A stretch of 64,000 nt of DNA from Pseudomonadota bacterium (lineage in GTDB: Bacteria > Pseudomonadota > Alphaproteobacteria > RF32 > CAG-239). The translations under genes were made by a program, and so were the position numbers. Of this stretch, positions 1 through 10,273 are shown piece by piece. The number at the start of each line of letters is the position of its first letter. Position 1 is the stretch's first letter. The stretch spans positions 1-64,000 of the forward strand of contig CAKJXZ020000020.1 of the NCBI GenBank assembly GCA_918234285.1, written 5' to 3'. Under the pieces are notes generated by a model that had not been told where the DNA came from, did no database searches, and saw only the letters and a program-made list of their open reading frames with translations.

Positions 1-648
1 CTTCGGGCAATTATATCTTTCCATCAAATCATCATCGCAATATATACTTTTATCATCCGACATTTGAGGCAATCCGAATAAAGATAATAAGTCATTATTT
101 TTACTGCAACTAAAATCTCCGCCGACTTCTTGCGGTGCTCCTTTTAAGGTAGTAAGCTTATTACCATAGCAATCAAATTTTCCGCCGACTTTTTGCAAAG
201 ATCCCTCCAATGTGGTTAGTTTGTTATTGCGACACACAAAATATCCGCCGACATATTGCGGAGCCCCTTCAAGCGAGGTAAGTTCATTTTCCTGACAATA
301 GAATCCTCTGCCGATTTCCTGCGGTGCACCTTGCAAAGAAGTCAGATGGCTGTAATCGCACCAAAAACTTCCCTTCACCTTTTGCGGTGCGCCTTTGAGC
401 GAAGTCAGATAATTGCCGCTACAGATGAAATCCCCTTTAACCGTAACCTTCGATAAATCCGGTAGTTCGGTTAAACCAAGTTCCGCCAGCCAGACATCTC
501 CCTCAATCACAAAGCCGTCCGGCAAATCATAGAGGTTATATGTTCTGTGTTTTTGCCTGATTGGTATATATACCGAAGGGTCGAAATTTCCATCATATTT
601 CTTATTTATTATCCGGTTTTTCAGTTGTTTCAATAAATCTTTCAGCAT
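1..648 (-). CDS. Leucine-rich repeat protein (21-aa repeats), runs off the window edge; absent from the ORF track
   Basis: Manual translation from ATG at 648 gives MLKDLLKQLK...GDFICSGNYLTSLKGAPQKVKGSFWCDYSHLTSLQGAPQEIGRGFYCQENELTSLEGAPQYVGG..., open to position 1. About 6 repeats with 63-bp DNA periodicity (gccgac at 121/184/247). Confidence 0.9.
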   Translation of the reverse strand, partial: MLKDLLKQLKNRIINKKYDGNFDPSVYIPIRQKHRTYNLYDLPDGFVIEGDVWLAELGLTELPDLSKVTVKGDFICSGNYLTSLKGAPQKVKGSFWCDYSHLTSLQGAPQEIGRGFYCQENELTSLEGAPQYVGGYFVCRNNKLTTLEGSLQKVGGKFDCYGNKLTTLKGAPQEVGGDFSCSKNNDLLSLFGLPQMSDDKSIYCDDDLMERYNCPK

Positions 649-733
649 ACTCTACCGCTCCGCCATTGTCTTTATGTCTAACATAACAAAAAAATCCGCT
701 TAATGCAACAGATTTTTGACGAAAAACCGGCAT

Positions 734-767
734 AAAAAATATTCCCCGGCTTACGACGGGGAATATT
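734..767 (-). terminator. Intrinsic terminator after the ankyrin gene
   Basis: aatattccccg / cggggaatatt inverted repeat followed by a U-tract on the minus strand. Confidence 0.75.
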
Positions 768-786
768 GTTCAAGCATATTATTTCG

Positions 787-2004
787 TTATTGCAGCGAGC
801 TGTTCAAACTGCGAATAATCTGATTTTGTTTAGCTATATCAGTCGGTGTAATAACTTTGGCGCACTCATCGCTGCGTTTTTCCAAAATCTCCGGCGCAGA
901 TTGGCTAAAGAACGAATCTGACATTTGAACGATTTGATTATAGCGTGCCTCATTAATTCCGGCCGAAGCGGCAAAAAATCCGGCAGCACGGCGCATTCCG
1001 GTATTTTCACCGTTACCAAGATAACTCAGGCAATAGACGATTTCTTCATCACCGACACTAATATTGGCATTGATGTCGGATTTACGCGGTTTGAACACCG
1101 GCTTTTTGGCTACCGGTTTCGGAGCGTTTTTCTCTAACTCGGCTTTGCGGGCTTCTGCTTTAGCCTTGGCTTCTTCAGCTTCTTTTTTAGCTTTTTCGGC
1201 AGCTTCTTCGGCTTCTTTTTTGGCTTTTACCGCTGCTTCTTCTGCTTCTTTCTTAGCCTTCAACTCGGCTTCCTTAGCCTCACGCTCCGCAGCTTCGTAT
1301 TGCAACAAACGGTTGGTCAAAACTTGGTTTTGCATTTGCAACAATTTAGCGGTTTCTTGCAACTTTATATTTTGCTGTGCCAATTCTTCCTGTTGTTTTT
1401 TGGCATCAACAACCGCAGCCTTGGCTCTTTCCACCAATGCATACAGACGGGCAGTTTCCGCATCGGAAATTCCGTTAACTTCGGCCGAAACTGCTGCCGG
1501 AGCAGGAGCAGGTGTTGCTACCGGTGCTACCACAGGAGCCGGTGCCGGGGCTGGTGCTACCGCAGGAGCCGGTGTCGGTGCCGGGGCTGGTGCTACCGCA
1601 GGTGCAGGTGTCGGTGCCGGAGCTGGTGCTACCGCAGGTGCAGGTGCAGGTGTCGGTGCCGGAGCGGAAGCCTTTGCCAACGCATTATGCAAAACGGCCG
1701 CCACATCTTCAACTTTTTTCTTTTCAACGATTTTCAAAGGGGTCCATCCTTGAGCATTACTGATATTCATATCAGCGCCGTAACGCAACAGAATATCGGC
1801 CATTTCGGCATTATTCAGAGCCACGGCATAGTGCAAAGCGGAATTACCCTGTTCGTTGACGGCATTAACGTTTTCGCCGGCGTTTAATAATTTAATCACC
1901 GCCTCTTTATTGTTTTGTTTAACCCCGTCAATCAATTCCGGTAACGAAGCGTAAGCTTGCGCTGAAAACAGCATAACAAACGCAAATAATAAACTTTTTT
2001 TCAT
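787..2004 (-). CDS. Exported ankyrin-repeat protein with Pro/Ala linker, coiled coil and Cys-containing C-terminal domain
   Basis: Signal peptide MKKSLLFAF..AQAYA, SD aggag, ankyrin motifs GNSALHYAV and GWTPL, APAPTPAPAV repeats, KAKKEAEEA coiled coil. Confidence 0.85.
   Translation of the reverse strand: MKKSLLFAFVMLFSAQAYASLPELIDGVKQNNKEAVIKLLNAGENVNAVNEQGNSALHYAVALNNAEMADILLRYGADMNISNAQGWTPLKIVEKKKVEDVAAVLHNALAKASAPAPTPAPAPAVAPAPAPTPAPAVAPAPAPTPAPAVAPAPAPAPVVAPVATPAPAPAAVSAEVNGISDAETARLYALVERAKAAVVDAKKQQEELAQQNIKLQETAKLLQMQNQVLTNRLLQYEAAEREAKEAELKAKKEAEEAAVKAKKEAEEAAEKAKKEAEEAKAKAEARKAELEKNAPKPVAKKPVFKPRKSDINANISVGDEEIVYCLSYLGNGENTGMRRAAGFFAASAGINEARYNQIVQMSDSFFSQSAPEILEKRSDECAKVITPTDIAKQNQIIRSLNSSLQ
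1497..1666. repeat. Coding tandem repeat, ~36-bp unit (APAPTPAPAVAP)
   Basis: ggtgtcggtgccggRgctggtgctaccgcagg recurs 3-4 times. Confidence 0.9.
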
Positions 2005-2107
2005 ATTCTTCTCCTTTGAACACGTCAAAAACTTTTTTGATAATAATCCTTTTTATTTATTTTGCAACATATTTTAAGGCCGACTGTCAACAGCCGACCT
2101 CAAAATA

Positions 2108-3865
2108 TCAGAGTTTTAAATCAATATGCAACTCTTTGATTTGTTCTTCGGTAACCGTATTCGGTGCCTGCATCATCAAATCCTGCGCCTTACCGTTAAG
2201 CGGGAACAGGATAACGTTACGAATAATCGGTTCATCCAAAATCAACATAACCGTGCGGTCAATCCCCGGAGCACAACCGGCGTGTGGCGGAGCCCCGTAT
2301 CTGAATGCGGTTACCAAACCGCCGAATTTGTTATCAACCACACTGTGTTCGTATCCGGCAATTTCGAAAGCACGATACATAACTTCCGGACTATGGTTGC
2401 GTACGGCGCCGGAAGCCAGTTCCACCCCGTTGCAGACCAAATCGAATTGATAGGCCAAGATATCCAGCGGATTTTTGGTATTAAGCGCTTCCAAACCGCC
2501 CTGCGGCATTGAGAACGGGTTATGCGAAAATTCTACGGCGCCGGTTTCTTCATTTTCTTCATAAAACGGAAAGTCCACAATCCAACACAGCTTAATTGAT
2601 TTTTTATCAAACAAATCAAGCGCTTCGCCGATCATATTGCGAACAACACCGGCAAATTTGTTGATGACCTTTTTTGCTCCGCCCATGAAGAACACGGCAT
2701 CTCCGTCTTTAACGTCAAAGGTTTGCTTCAGTTCGGCCAATTTTTCTTCACTGAAGAACTTGGCAACACCTTTGGCACCGCCGTCGGCAAAGGCCACATA
2801 AGCCATACCGCCCATTCCCTGCTCTTTGGCATAAGCATCAAACTTATCAAAGAACGAACGCGGCTTATTGCCGGCATTCGGAGCCTTAATTGCTCTGATT
2901 TGCTCACCGTTGGCAACTTTGGCATCATATACGCCGAAACCGGAGTTATTGAAAAACGGCGTAGCATCGGCAATAATCAACGGATTGCGCAAATCCGGTT
3001 TATCACTGCCGTATTTAAGCATCGACTCACGGAACGGAATGTGCATAAACGGCGCCTGACTTACGCTTCTGCCGAAAGCAAATTCGTTAAAAATCGTACC
3101 CATCGTGTGTTCGATGACTTTCATCACATCTTCCTGAGTGGCAAAAGACATTTCCATATCGAGCTGATAAAATTCGCCCGGCGAACGATCGGCTCGCGGA
3201 TCTTCATCACGGAAACACGGAGCAATTTGGAAATAGCGGTCAAACCCCGAAACCATTAACAGCTGTTTGAACTGTTGCGGCGATTGCGGCAAAGCATAAA
3301 ATTTACCGGGATTTAAGCGTGACGGTACCAAAAAGTCGCGCGCACCTTCCGGAGAAGATGCTGTCAGAATCGGGGTTTGATATTCGTTAAACCCCTGCTC
3401 GTTCATCAAACGGCGCATCTCGGAAATCACTTTGCAACGCAACAGAATATTGCTGTGAAGCACTTCGCGTCGCAAATCCAAAAAACGATATTTCAAGCGT
3501 AATTCTTCCGGTTCGTTACATTCGCCGACAACCTGTACCGGCAACACATCGGCGGCAGAATATACAATAACTTCCTCGGCTTTGATTTCTATATCGCCGG
3601 TCGGCATATTTTTGTTAACGCTTTCACGCGCCACCACTTCGCCGATAATGCCGATAACGCTTTCAACTCTGATATCTTTAATTTTATCAAACAAATCGGA
3701 CGAGCTGTCAAAAACACATTGCGTAATGCCGTAGTGGTCTCGTAAATCGATAAAGCACAAATTGCCCAAATTACGTTTACGATGTATCCAACCGGCCAAT
3801 TTGACCGATTGACCGATATGTTCAGCCCGCAGTTCTCCGCAGGTATGAGTCCGATATTCGTTCAT
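2108..3865 (-). CDS. aspS: Aspartate--tRNA ligase
   Basis: [40 protein letters not shown] motifs. Confidence 0.98.
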   Translation of the reverse strand: MNEYRTHTCGELRAEHIGQSVKLAGWIHRKRNLGNLCFIDLRDHYGITQCVFDSSSDLFDKIKDIRVESVIGIIGEVVARESVNKNMPTGDIEIKAEEVIVYSAADVLPVQVVGECNEPEELRLKYRFLDLRREVLHSNILLRCKVISEMRRLMNEQGFNEYQTPILTASSPEGARDFLVPSRLNPGKFYALPQSPQQFKQLLMVSGFDRYFQIAPCFRDEDPRADRSPGEFYQLDMEMSFATQEDVMKVIEHTMGTIFNEFAFGRSVSQAPFMHIPFRESMLKYGSDKPDLRNPLIIADATPFFNNSGFGVYDAKVANGEQIRAIKAPNAGNKPRSFFDKFDAYAKEQGMGGMAYVAFADGGAKGVAKFFSEEKLAELKQTFDVKDGDAVFFMGGAKKVINKFAGVVRNMIGEALDLFDKKSIKLCWIVDFPFYEENEETGAVEFSHNPFSMPQGGLEALNTKNPLDILAYQFDLVCNGVELASGAVRNHSPEVMYRAFEIAGYEHSVVDNKFGGLVTAFRYGAPPHAGCAPGIDRTVMLILDEPIIRNVILFPLNGKAQDLMMQAPNTVTEEQIKELHIDLKL

Positions 3866-3984
3866 TATTTCCTCTTTATTTATTAAAACTACTTACCTGT
3901 TCTAAAGCCAATTTATGATAAAATCAACCCTAAATTAAAAAAATATTAAGCACTGTTTGTTATTATAGCGGCGGAGGAAGAAAA

Positions 3985-5139
3985 ATGCTTTTGATTGACA
4001 ATACCGAGAAACTGAATGAGTTTTGTAAAATTTTGCAAAAACAACCGTTTATAACCGTTGATTCCGAATTTATCCGCGAACATTCGTATTATCCGAAACT
4101 ATGCCTGATACAGGTTGCTTATGACGGCGATTCGGCCATCATCGACCCGCTTTCCAAGGCCGATTTATCCGCGTTTTTTGAGGTTTTGCAAAATCCGAAT
4201 GTTGTCAAAGTGTTCCATTCCGGCAAACAAGACATTGAAATATTCTACAATTTGACCGGACAAACTCCGAAAAACGTGTTTGATACGCAAATTGCCGCCA
4301 TGGTCTGCGGCTTTGCCGAGAATATCGGCTATGGCAATCTGGTACGCGAAATTACTAATGTTGATTTGGATAAATCGCAACGTTTGACCGATTGGAGTCT
4401 GCGTCCGCTCGACGAATCGCAACTGCAATATGCTATATGCGACGTAACTTATTTGGTTGATTGCTACAAATACTTGAAAAAATATATGGAAGAACATAAT
4501 CGCACCGATTGGGCCGACGAAGAAACCTGCTGTTTGTGCGACGAAAGTGCTTATTGCATTGAGCCGGAAGAAGCCTGGCTCCGCGTAAAACACAATGCCC
4601 ACTCCCCGCAATTTTTGGCGGCGCTGAAGTATCTGGCCGAATGGCGCGAACGGCGGGCGCAAAAGTTCAACACTCCGCGTTCCGGTATTCTGAAAGATGA
4701 AGTTCTGCTCAATATTGCCAGTGCCTGTCCGAAAACGATTGATGATTTGAAACACGTACGCAATCTCAAAGGCGAAATCGCCAACGGCCGTTTGGGCGCG
4801 GAAATTATGGAAGCGCTGGATAAAGCCAGACAAAACCCGATGCCGTCCGATGTTTGCCGTGCCGACCGCAAACAAAGTTGCAATATTCCGAACCACGAAC
4901 AAAGCCTAGCGGAAATATTGAAGTTATTGTTAAAGATAAAAAGTCAGGAATCCGGAGTTATTGCCCGTTTGATTGCCACAGATGAAGATTTGCGCCACAT
5001 CATTTTGAACCAACCGGAAGATACTCATACCATGCAAGGTTGGCGCTATGAAATCTTCGGACAATTTGCCGAACAACTGTGCCGCGGTAAACTGACTATT
5101 TCTTACAATCCGAAGAAGAAGTGCATCGAATTTAAATAA
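3985..5139 (+). CDS. rnd: Ribonuclease D
   Basis: VDSEF..YYPKLCLIQ, FDTQIAA, TDWSLRPL, YA.DV (DEDD exonuclease) plus HRDC region. Confidence 0.95.
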   Translation: MLLIDNTEKLNEFCKILQKQPFITVDSEFIREHSYYPKLCLIQVAYDGDSAIIDPLSKADLSAFFEVLQNPNVVKVFHSGKQDIEIFYNLTGQTPKNVFDTQIAAMVCGFAENIGYGNLVREITNVDLDKSQRLTDWSLRPLDESQLQYAICDVTYLVDCYKYLKKYMEEHNRTDWADEETCCLCDESAYCIEPEEAWLRVKHNAHSPQFLAALKYLAEWRERRAQKFNTPRSGILKDEVLLNIASACPKTIDDLKHVRNLKGEIANGRLGAEIMEALDKARQNPMPSDVCRADRKQSCNIPNHEQSLAEILKLLLKIKSQESGVIARLIATDEDLRHIILNQPEDTHTMQGWRYEIFGQFAEQLCRGKLTISYNPKKKCIEFK

Positions 5140-5235
5140 TTATATACAAAAAATGTAAGAAATTACAGAAAACTCTTGATATAACGACGTGTTGTCTGTA
5201 TTAATTATACAGTTTAATTTTTGAGGACATAACTC

Positions 5236-6708
5236 ATGCCTTTGCTGATATTTTTCTTCGGATATATGTTTTTTGCTTCCGCAAACTGGGTAATTCGCAA
5301 ATACGGCCCCGTTACTTACGAGCAAATAATTTTCCATCTGAATATGCCGTTCAGTTCGGAAATTCGCTTGATTTTGAGTTATTTACAAAATACGGTAATG
5401 ACCGGCGCAATTATTGCTTTGGTTTTATGGATTTTGTTTTCGCAAAAATATCATTGGAAATTCAAAACCGTTGAAACCTGCCGAAATTATATATATCGGC
5501 ATCGTTGGGCCATATCGCTGTTGTGGCTCGTCTTTTGCCTAGTATATTATTTCTTCAGAATGAATGTTTGGGCGATGATTAATCATCAGCAATATAAGCG
5601 GCTGACTTCAAATTTTTACGAACAATATTATGTTTATCCGCAGCAAACGCAAATCACCTTTCCGGAAAAGCCGCGTAATTTGGTTATTGTGTTTATGGAA
5701 AGTATTGAGGCAACTTTTGCGCAGACGCCGTTACACGATTATTGGAACACCGATTTAATCCCGGAACTGCATGCTTTGGCCGACAATAATATCAACTTCA
5801 GTGACAACCCGTATATCGGCGGAGCTTACCCGATTGACGGCACACAATGGACACAGGCCGGATTGTTTGCAAAAACCTGTGGTGCACCGATTCAATTGCC
5901 GATACGCGAAGCCAACTTTTTCCAACCGAAACAGGATTTCTATCCGAATGCGTGGTGTTTGTACGATATTCTGCGTGAGCAAGGTTATAACGAAAGTTTC
6001 ATGATTGGTTCAAACGGCGAGTTCGGCGGTATGGACAGATTTGTTAAAACTCACGGCAAACAACGCTTTTTGGATACGCTATACTTTACCCGCTCCATGA
6101 GTAAACTGGCTTATAAAAAACGCCGGCAAAACATGCCGGACGAGCAGCTGTTCCCGTTGGCGAGAGAGGAACTCGAACAATTGGCCAAACAGGAAAAACC
6201 GTTTGTGTTTACGCTGATGACATTGGATACGCATTTCGGTACGCAGGATTTTTCCGACAAACTGTGTGAGCGCGCTTACGGGTCTGAAAATAACCTGCAA
6301 AACGTGGTTTCGTGTGCCAGCCGACAAATCGACAGTTTTGTGGAGTGGCTGCAACAACAGCCGTATTATGCAAATACTACCGTCGTTCTGCTCGGCGATC
6401 ATTTGATGATGAATGATGCTTTTACTCCGGAAATGGATCGTAAACCGCTGAATATTTTCATTAACTCTGCCGTACCGGCGCAAAATGCCAAAAACCGCGT
6501 ATTTACTCCGTTTGATATTTATCCGACAATTATCGAGAGTATGGGCGCGCAAATTGACGGACACCGTTTGGGACTCGGCACATCGCTGTTTTCCGCCGTA
6601 CCTACGCTGACGGAGGGAAAAATATCGTTGCAGGATATGAATATTGAAATCCGCAAATCGTCTAAAATTTATGATTGGTTGCTTTACGGCAGACAAATTG
6701 AAGAATAA
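5236..6708 (+). CDS. Phosphoglycerol transferase / LTA-synthase-family membrane protein (OpgB/MdoB-like)
   Basis: N-terminal TM helices, NLVIVFMES, WTQAG, TLDTH, LGDH sulfatase-fold motifs. Confidence 0.85.
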   Translation: MPLLIFFFGYMFFASANWVIRKYGPVTYEQIIFHLNMPFSSEIRLILSYLQNTVMTGAIIALVLWILFSQKYHWKFKTVETCRNYIYRHRWAISLLWLVFCLVYYFFRMNVWAMINHQQYKRLTSNFYEQYYVYPQQTQITFPEKPRNLVIVFMESIEATFAQTPLHDYWNTDLIPELHALADNNINFSDNPYIGGAYPIDGTQWTQAGLFAKTCGAPIQLPIREANFFQPKQDFYPNAWCLYDILREQGYNESFMIGSNGEFGGMDRFVKTHGKQRFLDTLYFTRSMSKLAYKKRRQNMPDEQLFPLAREELEQLAKQEKPFVFTLMTLDTHFGTQDFSDKLCERAYGSENNLQNVVSCASRQIDSFVEWLQQQPYYANTTVVLLGDHLMMNDAFTPEMDRKPLNIFINSAVPAQNAKNRVFTPFDIYPTIIESMGAQIDGHRLGLGTSLFSAVPTLTEGKISLQDMNIEIRKSSKIYDWLLYGRQIEE

Positions 6709-6712
6709 GGCC

Positions 6713-7543
6713 CTATCTGCGATATTCGCTTGCCGGATAACATCCCAAAATCTGGTATTCTTCCGAGAAAAATTTTAACTCAGCCAGAGCATATTGTAAG
6801 GCGCGTGAATGAACGTGTTGCTCCACCTCAATATAAAATTGTGCCGAGAAAAATTTACCGTTTATCAGATAGCTTTCGAGCTTTGAAATATTGATACCAT
6901 TGGTGGCAAATCCGCCCAAAACCTTATACAGCGCCGCCGGAATATGTTTGGTCACAAACACGATTGATGTAATGAAACGGCCACCGTCGTTTACCGGAAA
7001 CTCCTCCTCTTTTTGCATAATCAAAAAGCGTGTAGTATTGTTATTGGCATTTTCAATATTGGCTGCCAAAATATCCAATCCATAGATTTTCGCCGCCAGT
7101 TTAGAAGCAATCGCCGCTTTGGTTTTATCCTGCTCCAGCGCGATTTTTTCGCATGATTTAGCCGTATCTATACGTGAAATTGCCTTAATGCTGTGTGCCT
7201 TCAAAAATTCCGAACATTGTGCCAGTGCCTGCGGGTGCGAAGCCGCACTTTGAATATCTTCTAATTTAGCGCCTTTCACCGCCAAGAGCTGATGCTCGAT
7301 ACGCATAAAATGCTCGCCGACAATATGCAGTCCGGCTTCCGGCAATAAAAAATGCACATCGCTGACGCGACCGGCATTGGAATTTTCAACCGGTATCACC
7401 GCCTTATCGACATCGCCGTTTTTCACCAATTCCATCGCTGTTTCAAACGTATCGCACGGAATATATTCCTGCTCCGGAAACAATACACCGCACGCAATAT
7501 GCGAATAAGCGCCGGGAACGCCCTGATATGCAATTTTCATCAT
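6713..7543 (-). CDS. pheA: Prephenate dehydratase
   Basis: IAYQGVPGAYS, PVENS, SHPQALAQC, NTTRF, C-terminal ACT domain; SD aagga before ATG 7543. Confidence 0.95.
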   Translation of the reverse strand: MMKIAYQGVPGAYSHIACGVLFPEQEYIPCDTFETAMELVKNGDVDKAVIPVENSNAGRVSDVHFLLPEAGLHIVGEHFMRIEHQLLAVKGAKLEDIQSAASHPQALAQCSEFLKAHSIKAISRIDTAKSCEKIALEQDKTKAAIASKLAAKIYGLDILAANIENANNNTTRFLIMQKEEEFPVNDGGRFITSIVFVTKHIPAALYKVLGGFATNGINISKLESYLINGKFFSAQFYIEVEQHVHSRALQYALAELKFFSEEYQILGCYPASEYRR

Positions 7544-7626
7544 TGTTTTATCCTTTCTCGAATTCGCCTCAAAATAAATAAAAACCGCAAAGAAGTCAAG
7601 CAATGCCGTAAACGGTTGTTTATAAT

Positions 7627-7672
7627 AAAAAAACGAGCGTCCGTAATTTGCATACAGACGCTTGTTTTTTTT
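7627..7672 (-). terminator. Intrinsic terminator of ACP-like gene 1
   Basis: aaaaaaacgagcgtc...gacgcttgttttttt. Confidence 0.75.
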
Positions 7673-8012
7673 ATAAATTTTCCGGATCTATTTGGTATTT
7701 GTTCACGGCTTGCAGATAACTTTCCACCGTCAACCCGACACCGGTACCGAAATCTTCATCAATCTCGTCGGCGATATGCACGTTGCAATCGCGCTCAATC
7801 ATACAGATGGTTTCCCACAAATCAAGTGAATCCAGCCCCAAATCGGCATAGATTTTAGCCTTTAGCAAATCTTCATCGGACATTTGTCGGATATTGTTCA
7901 ATACCTCCAAATAGCCGTTGTTTTTGTCGCGGGCGGTGATGATGCGGTCTCCCTCAATCATTTGCTCCACCGTTTTTCTGAATTCGCGGAGCGTAATTTC
8001 TTTTTTTGCCAT
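7671..8012 (-). CDS. Divergent acyl-carrier-protein-like protein (phosphopantetheine Ser retained)
   Basis: DLGLDSLDLWE..MIE...VHIADE..LTV pattern. Confidence 0.75.
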   Translation of the reverse strand: MAKKEITLREFRKTVEQMIEGDRIITARDKNNGYLEVLNNIRQMSDEDLLKAKIYADLGLDSLDLWETICMIERDCNVHIADEIDEDFGTGVGLTVESYLQAVNKYQIDPENL

Positions 8013-8058
8013 ACAATTATAGTTTTTAAAATATCAGAATAATCACTAATTGCCTTTG

Positions 8059-8086
8059 ATTATATTTTTATATTTCGACTTGTCAA
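8059..8086 (-). promoter_or_regulatory. sigma70-type promoter of ACP-like gene 1
   Basis: TTGACA-16-TATAAT on the minus strand. Confidence 0.7.
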
Positions 8087-8198
8087 GTTCTAACCGACTA
8101 AAAAAACTGAAAAATTTGCCGCAAATTATGCGCTTGACAATATTATATAAATATGGCATAATGTGACAAAATTTTGATAACTTTATGAGGATAAAACA

Positions 8199-8870
8199 AT
8201 GTCAGAGAATGATGATGAAGCCAGAAGCAGTATGATAAAAGCTTCATGGAAGAAGAAATTGGAAGAAGCGGCTAAAACAAACAATTACGAAGAATTTGCA
8301 AAAGCTGCCAGAAATCTTTCAACAGCTGAGATGTTTCAGGTAAAAGATTCTGAAGGACGGAATGTGTTTCAGATGTCATTACATTTTGCCGAAAACGGCG
8401 ATATTACCAAAACTGCGGCCTATCAATATATAACTCAGCGCGACCCTGATTGGGAAACTTCGGAAAAGATTGCTCGTGCCGCATGGCAGTTGGATAACAA
8501 TAACTACTCCATTTTGAGTTATTTGAATGACCATACTAATGATTCCGGCGGGGTTGCCGCCACTTTGTTGGATTTGAAAAAGAATTTGGATTTGAATCCG
8601 AAGTATAGTGTTTCCAATGCTTATATGGACTATTATGACCAATTGTTGCTCGAAACACATCAGCCTTTGGCTTACGGCTACAACAGAGCCAAGAAGACGG
8701 ATAGAGACGGCGAAGAACATGAGACCGTCTCCGATGATAACGGCAACTACTACGGTGCTACCGCCGCTCGCAAAAAACGGGAGAGAGAAGAAATCGAAAA
8801 AAATGAGAAAAAATACGGCAAAGTCGGTCCGGGGGCTCCGAGAGTCAGCAGAGACGATTATATTAGGTAG
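8199..8870 (+). CDS. Hypothetical protein with possible degenerate ankyrin repeats and a basic C-terminal tail
   Basis: SD gagga; promoter TTGACA-17-CATAAT at 8134-8162; KDSEGRNVFQM and LDNNNYSILSY resemble ankyrin turns. Confidence 0.7.
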   Translation: MSENDDEARSSMIKASWKKKLEEAAKTNNYEEFAKAARNLSTAEMFQVKDSEGRNVFQMSLHFAENGDITKTAAYQYITQRDPDWETSEKIARAAWQLDNNNYSILSYLNDHTNDSGGVAATLLDLKKNLDLNPKYSVSNAYMDYYDQLLLETHQPLAYGYNRAKKTDRDGEEHETVSDDNGNYYGATAARKKREREEIEKNEKKYGKVGPGAPRVSRDDYIR

Positions 8871-8886
8871 TCCGACAAAAAATTTG

Positions 8887-8939
8887 TTGATTTTGTAACA
8901 AATTGTGCTAGTATGTTCGCATACTAGTACAATTTTTTT
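8887..8939 (+). promoter_or_regulatory. Hairpin/terminator overlapping a putative promoter of the next gene
   Basis: aaattgtgctagtatg-TTCG-catactagtacaattt plus T-tract; TTGATT-16-TAGTAT lies in its 5' arm. Confidence 0.6.
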
Positions 8940-8953
8940 ATTATTATCAATTT

Positions 8954-9445
8954 ATGGAAAAGAAAAAGCAAATCGTGGCCATTCTGCAAAAAATGCGGGA
9001 AAATGGCATCACTATCAAGGATTTGACTGATGAACTGTCACGCAATCCGGAGTTGTTACAGCAAAAGTTTGACCTTCTGTGTCTGGTCAACGGAGTTCCG
9101 CAACGTCTGCCTTTAGAAAAAGGCATGAACAAAAACCCCATCGGCATTTTTCCGTTTGCCGGCGAATGGTATCTGGAACTGGCACAGGAAGGAGGCAAGC
9201 TGCGTCATCAGGTTAACGAAAGTCGCCTGCCCGACCGCGACATCTGGCTTGAGATCTACAAGTTGCAAGATGCCCTCAATGCACAGTTGCTCATCATGGG
9301 ACAACCCCCGCTCAAAGGAATGTATTTCTCTCGCGGCGGCGGTATTAACTGGGTGATAACTTTCGACGGCAACAAGCTTGCCATGCCTGAAGAAAGCGTT
9401 TCTGCCACAACCGTTGCAAACGTGCGCTACTGCGGTATGCTCTGA
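8954..9445 (+). CDS. Hypothetical protein, probable degenerate DUF1566/C-type-lectin-like fold
   Basis: RLP..W.EIY...LN..L...G.YFS....NWVITF....VRY pattern; no SD. Confidence 0.6.
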   Translation: MEKKKQIVAILQKMRENGITIKDLTDELSRNPELLQQKFDLLCLVNGVPQRLPLEKGMNKNPIGIFPFAGEWYLELAQEGGKLRHQVNESRLPDRDIWLEIYKLQDALNAQLLIMGQPPLKGMYFSRGGGINWVITFDGNKLAMPEESVSATTVANVRYCGML

Positions 9446-9453
9446 TTCCTATT

Positions 9454-9488
9454 TTAATCCCCGTCTTTGCATAAAGGACGGGGATTAA
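9454..9488. terminator. Bidirectional terminator hairpin
   Basis: ttaatccccgtcttt...aaaggacggggattaa between convergent genes. Confidence 0.8.
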
Positions 9489-9490
9489 TG

Positions 9491-10102
9491 TTATAATAAA
9501 GAATTATTCTGCAAAAACTCAAAAATTTCTTCGGCCAGCAGTCGATGCCCTTCGGTAGAAGGATGGGTGGCATCTTGATACAGTGTTTGCAAATCACGCG
9601 CCTTCCACTTATCATAGCGGGCAAAGAACAACACGTTATATTCGGCGCAGATATCCCTGATTATCTCGTTATAGCGCACAACATCGCTGTTATATCTGGT
9701 TAAACTGGCATCCTCGGTATATTTTTCCTCAACTACCGGCAGCAAATCCGTAACCACGATTTTGGCACCGGTTGACTGCAAAAAGCTCAGCAATTTCTGC
9801 CAATACATAATGCGTACCCCTTCGGAAAAATCAAGTTGCAAATCGCTGTTTTTACGGCGGCGCAAATCGTTAATACCGATATTGACGATAATCAAATCAA
9901 ATTTACGCGAACCGACTTCATGCAGGGCGCGATTATAGGCGTCGGCAATATTGTCACCGGACTGAGCCATATTATTGAACATATATTCGCCGGCCTTTGC
10001 CCGCAACATCATTTTACCTAAACGAGCGACCCAACCTAAATCCTCGGCATCATAAAAACCGTGAGCGATACTGTCGCCGATAATTCCTATTAACTTAAGC
10101 AT
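9491..10102 (-). CDS. SGNH/GDSL hydrolase
   Basis: GDSIAHG, SGD, GIND, DATHP blocks. Confidence 0.92.
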   Translation of the reverse strand: MLKLIGIIGDSIAHGFYDAEDLGWVARLGKMMLRAKAGEYMFNNMAQSGDNIADAYNRALHEVGSRKFDLIIVNIGINDLRRRKNSDLQLDFSEGVRIMYWQKLLSFLQSTGAKIVVTDLLPVVEEKYTEDASLTRYNSDVVRYNEIIRDICAEYNVLFFARYDKWKARDLQTLYQDATHPSTEGHRLLAEEIFEFLQNNSLL

Positions 10103-10162
10103 TGTTTCTCCTTTTTTATCATTATGCCGAGTTTATAAGACATTTTCCACCGATATGCAACA

Positions 10163-10187
10163 AAAAAAGGCCGCATAAATGCGACCT
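10163..10187. repeat. 25-bp direct repeat, copy 1 (partial copy of the rpsI-type terminator)
   Basis: aaaaaaggccgcataaatgcgacct, identical to 10664-10688. Confidence 0.9.
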
Positions 10188-10222
10188 ATGTGTGCTATTG
10201 CTGTATACTTGATAATTAAATA

Positions 10223-10262
10223 AGAAAAGACGCTTATCCTCGCAGATAGGCGTCTTTTCTTT
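10223..10262 (-). terminator. Intrinsic terminator of ACP-like gene 2
   Basis: agaaaagacgcttatc...gataggcgtcttttct. Confidence 0.75.
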
Positions 10263-10273
10263 AAACACTGATT

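Noticed and set aside
256-456. 66-aa plus-strand ORF in the track
   Set aside because: Antisense shadow of the minus-strand LRR gene 1-648.
1-460. 63-bp periodic repeats as a possible CRISPR array
   Set aside because: The repeats are degenerate, in frame and protein-coding, with no repeat-spacer structure and no cas genes.
1064-1887. Long plus-strand ORFs with GAGAG / CRCR repeats
   Set aside because: Antisense readings of the Pro/Ala tandem repeat in the ankyrin gene.
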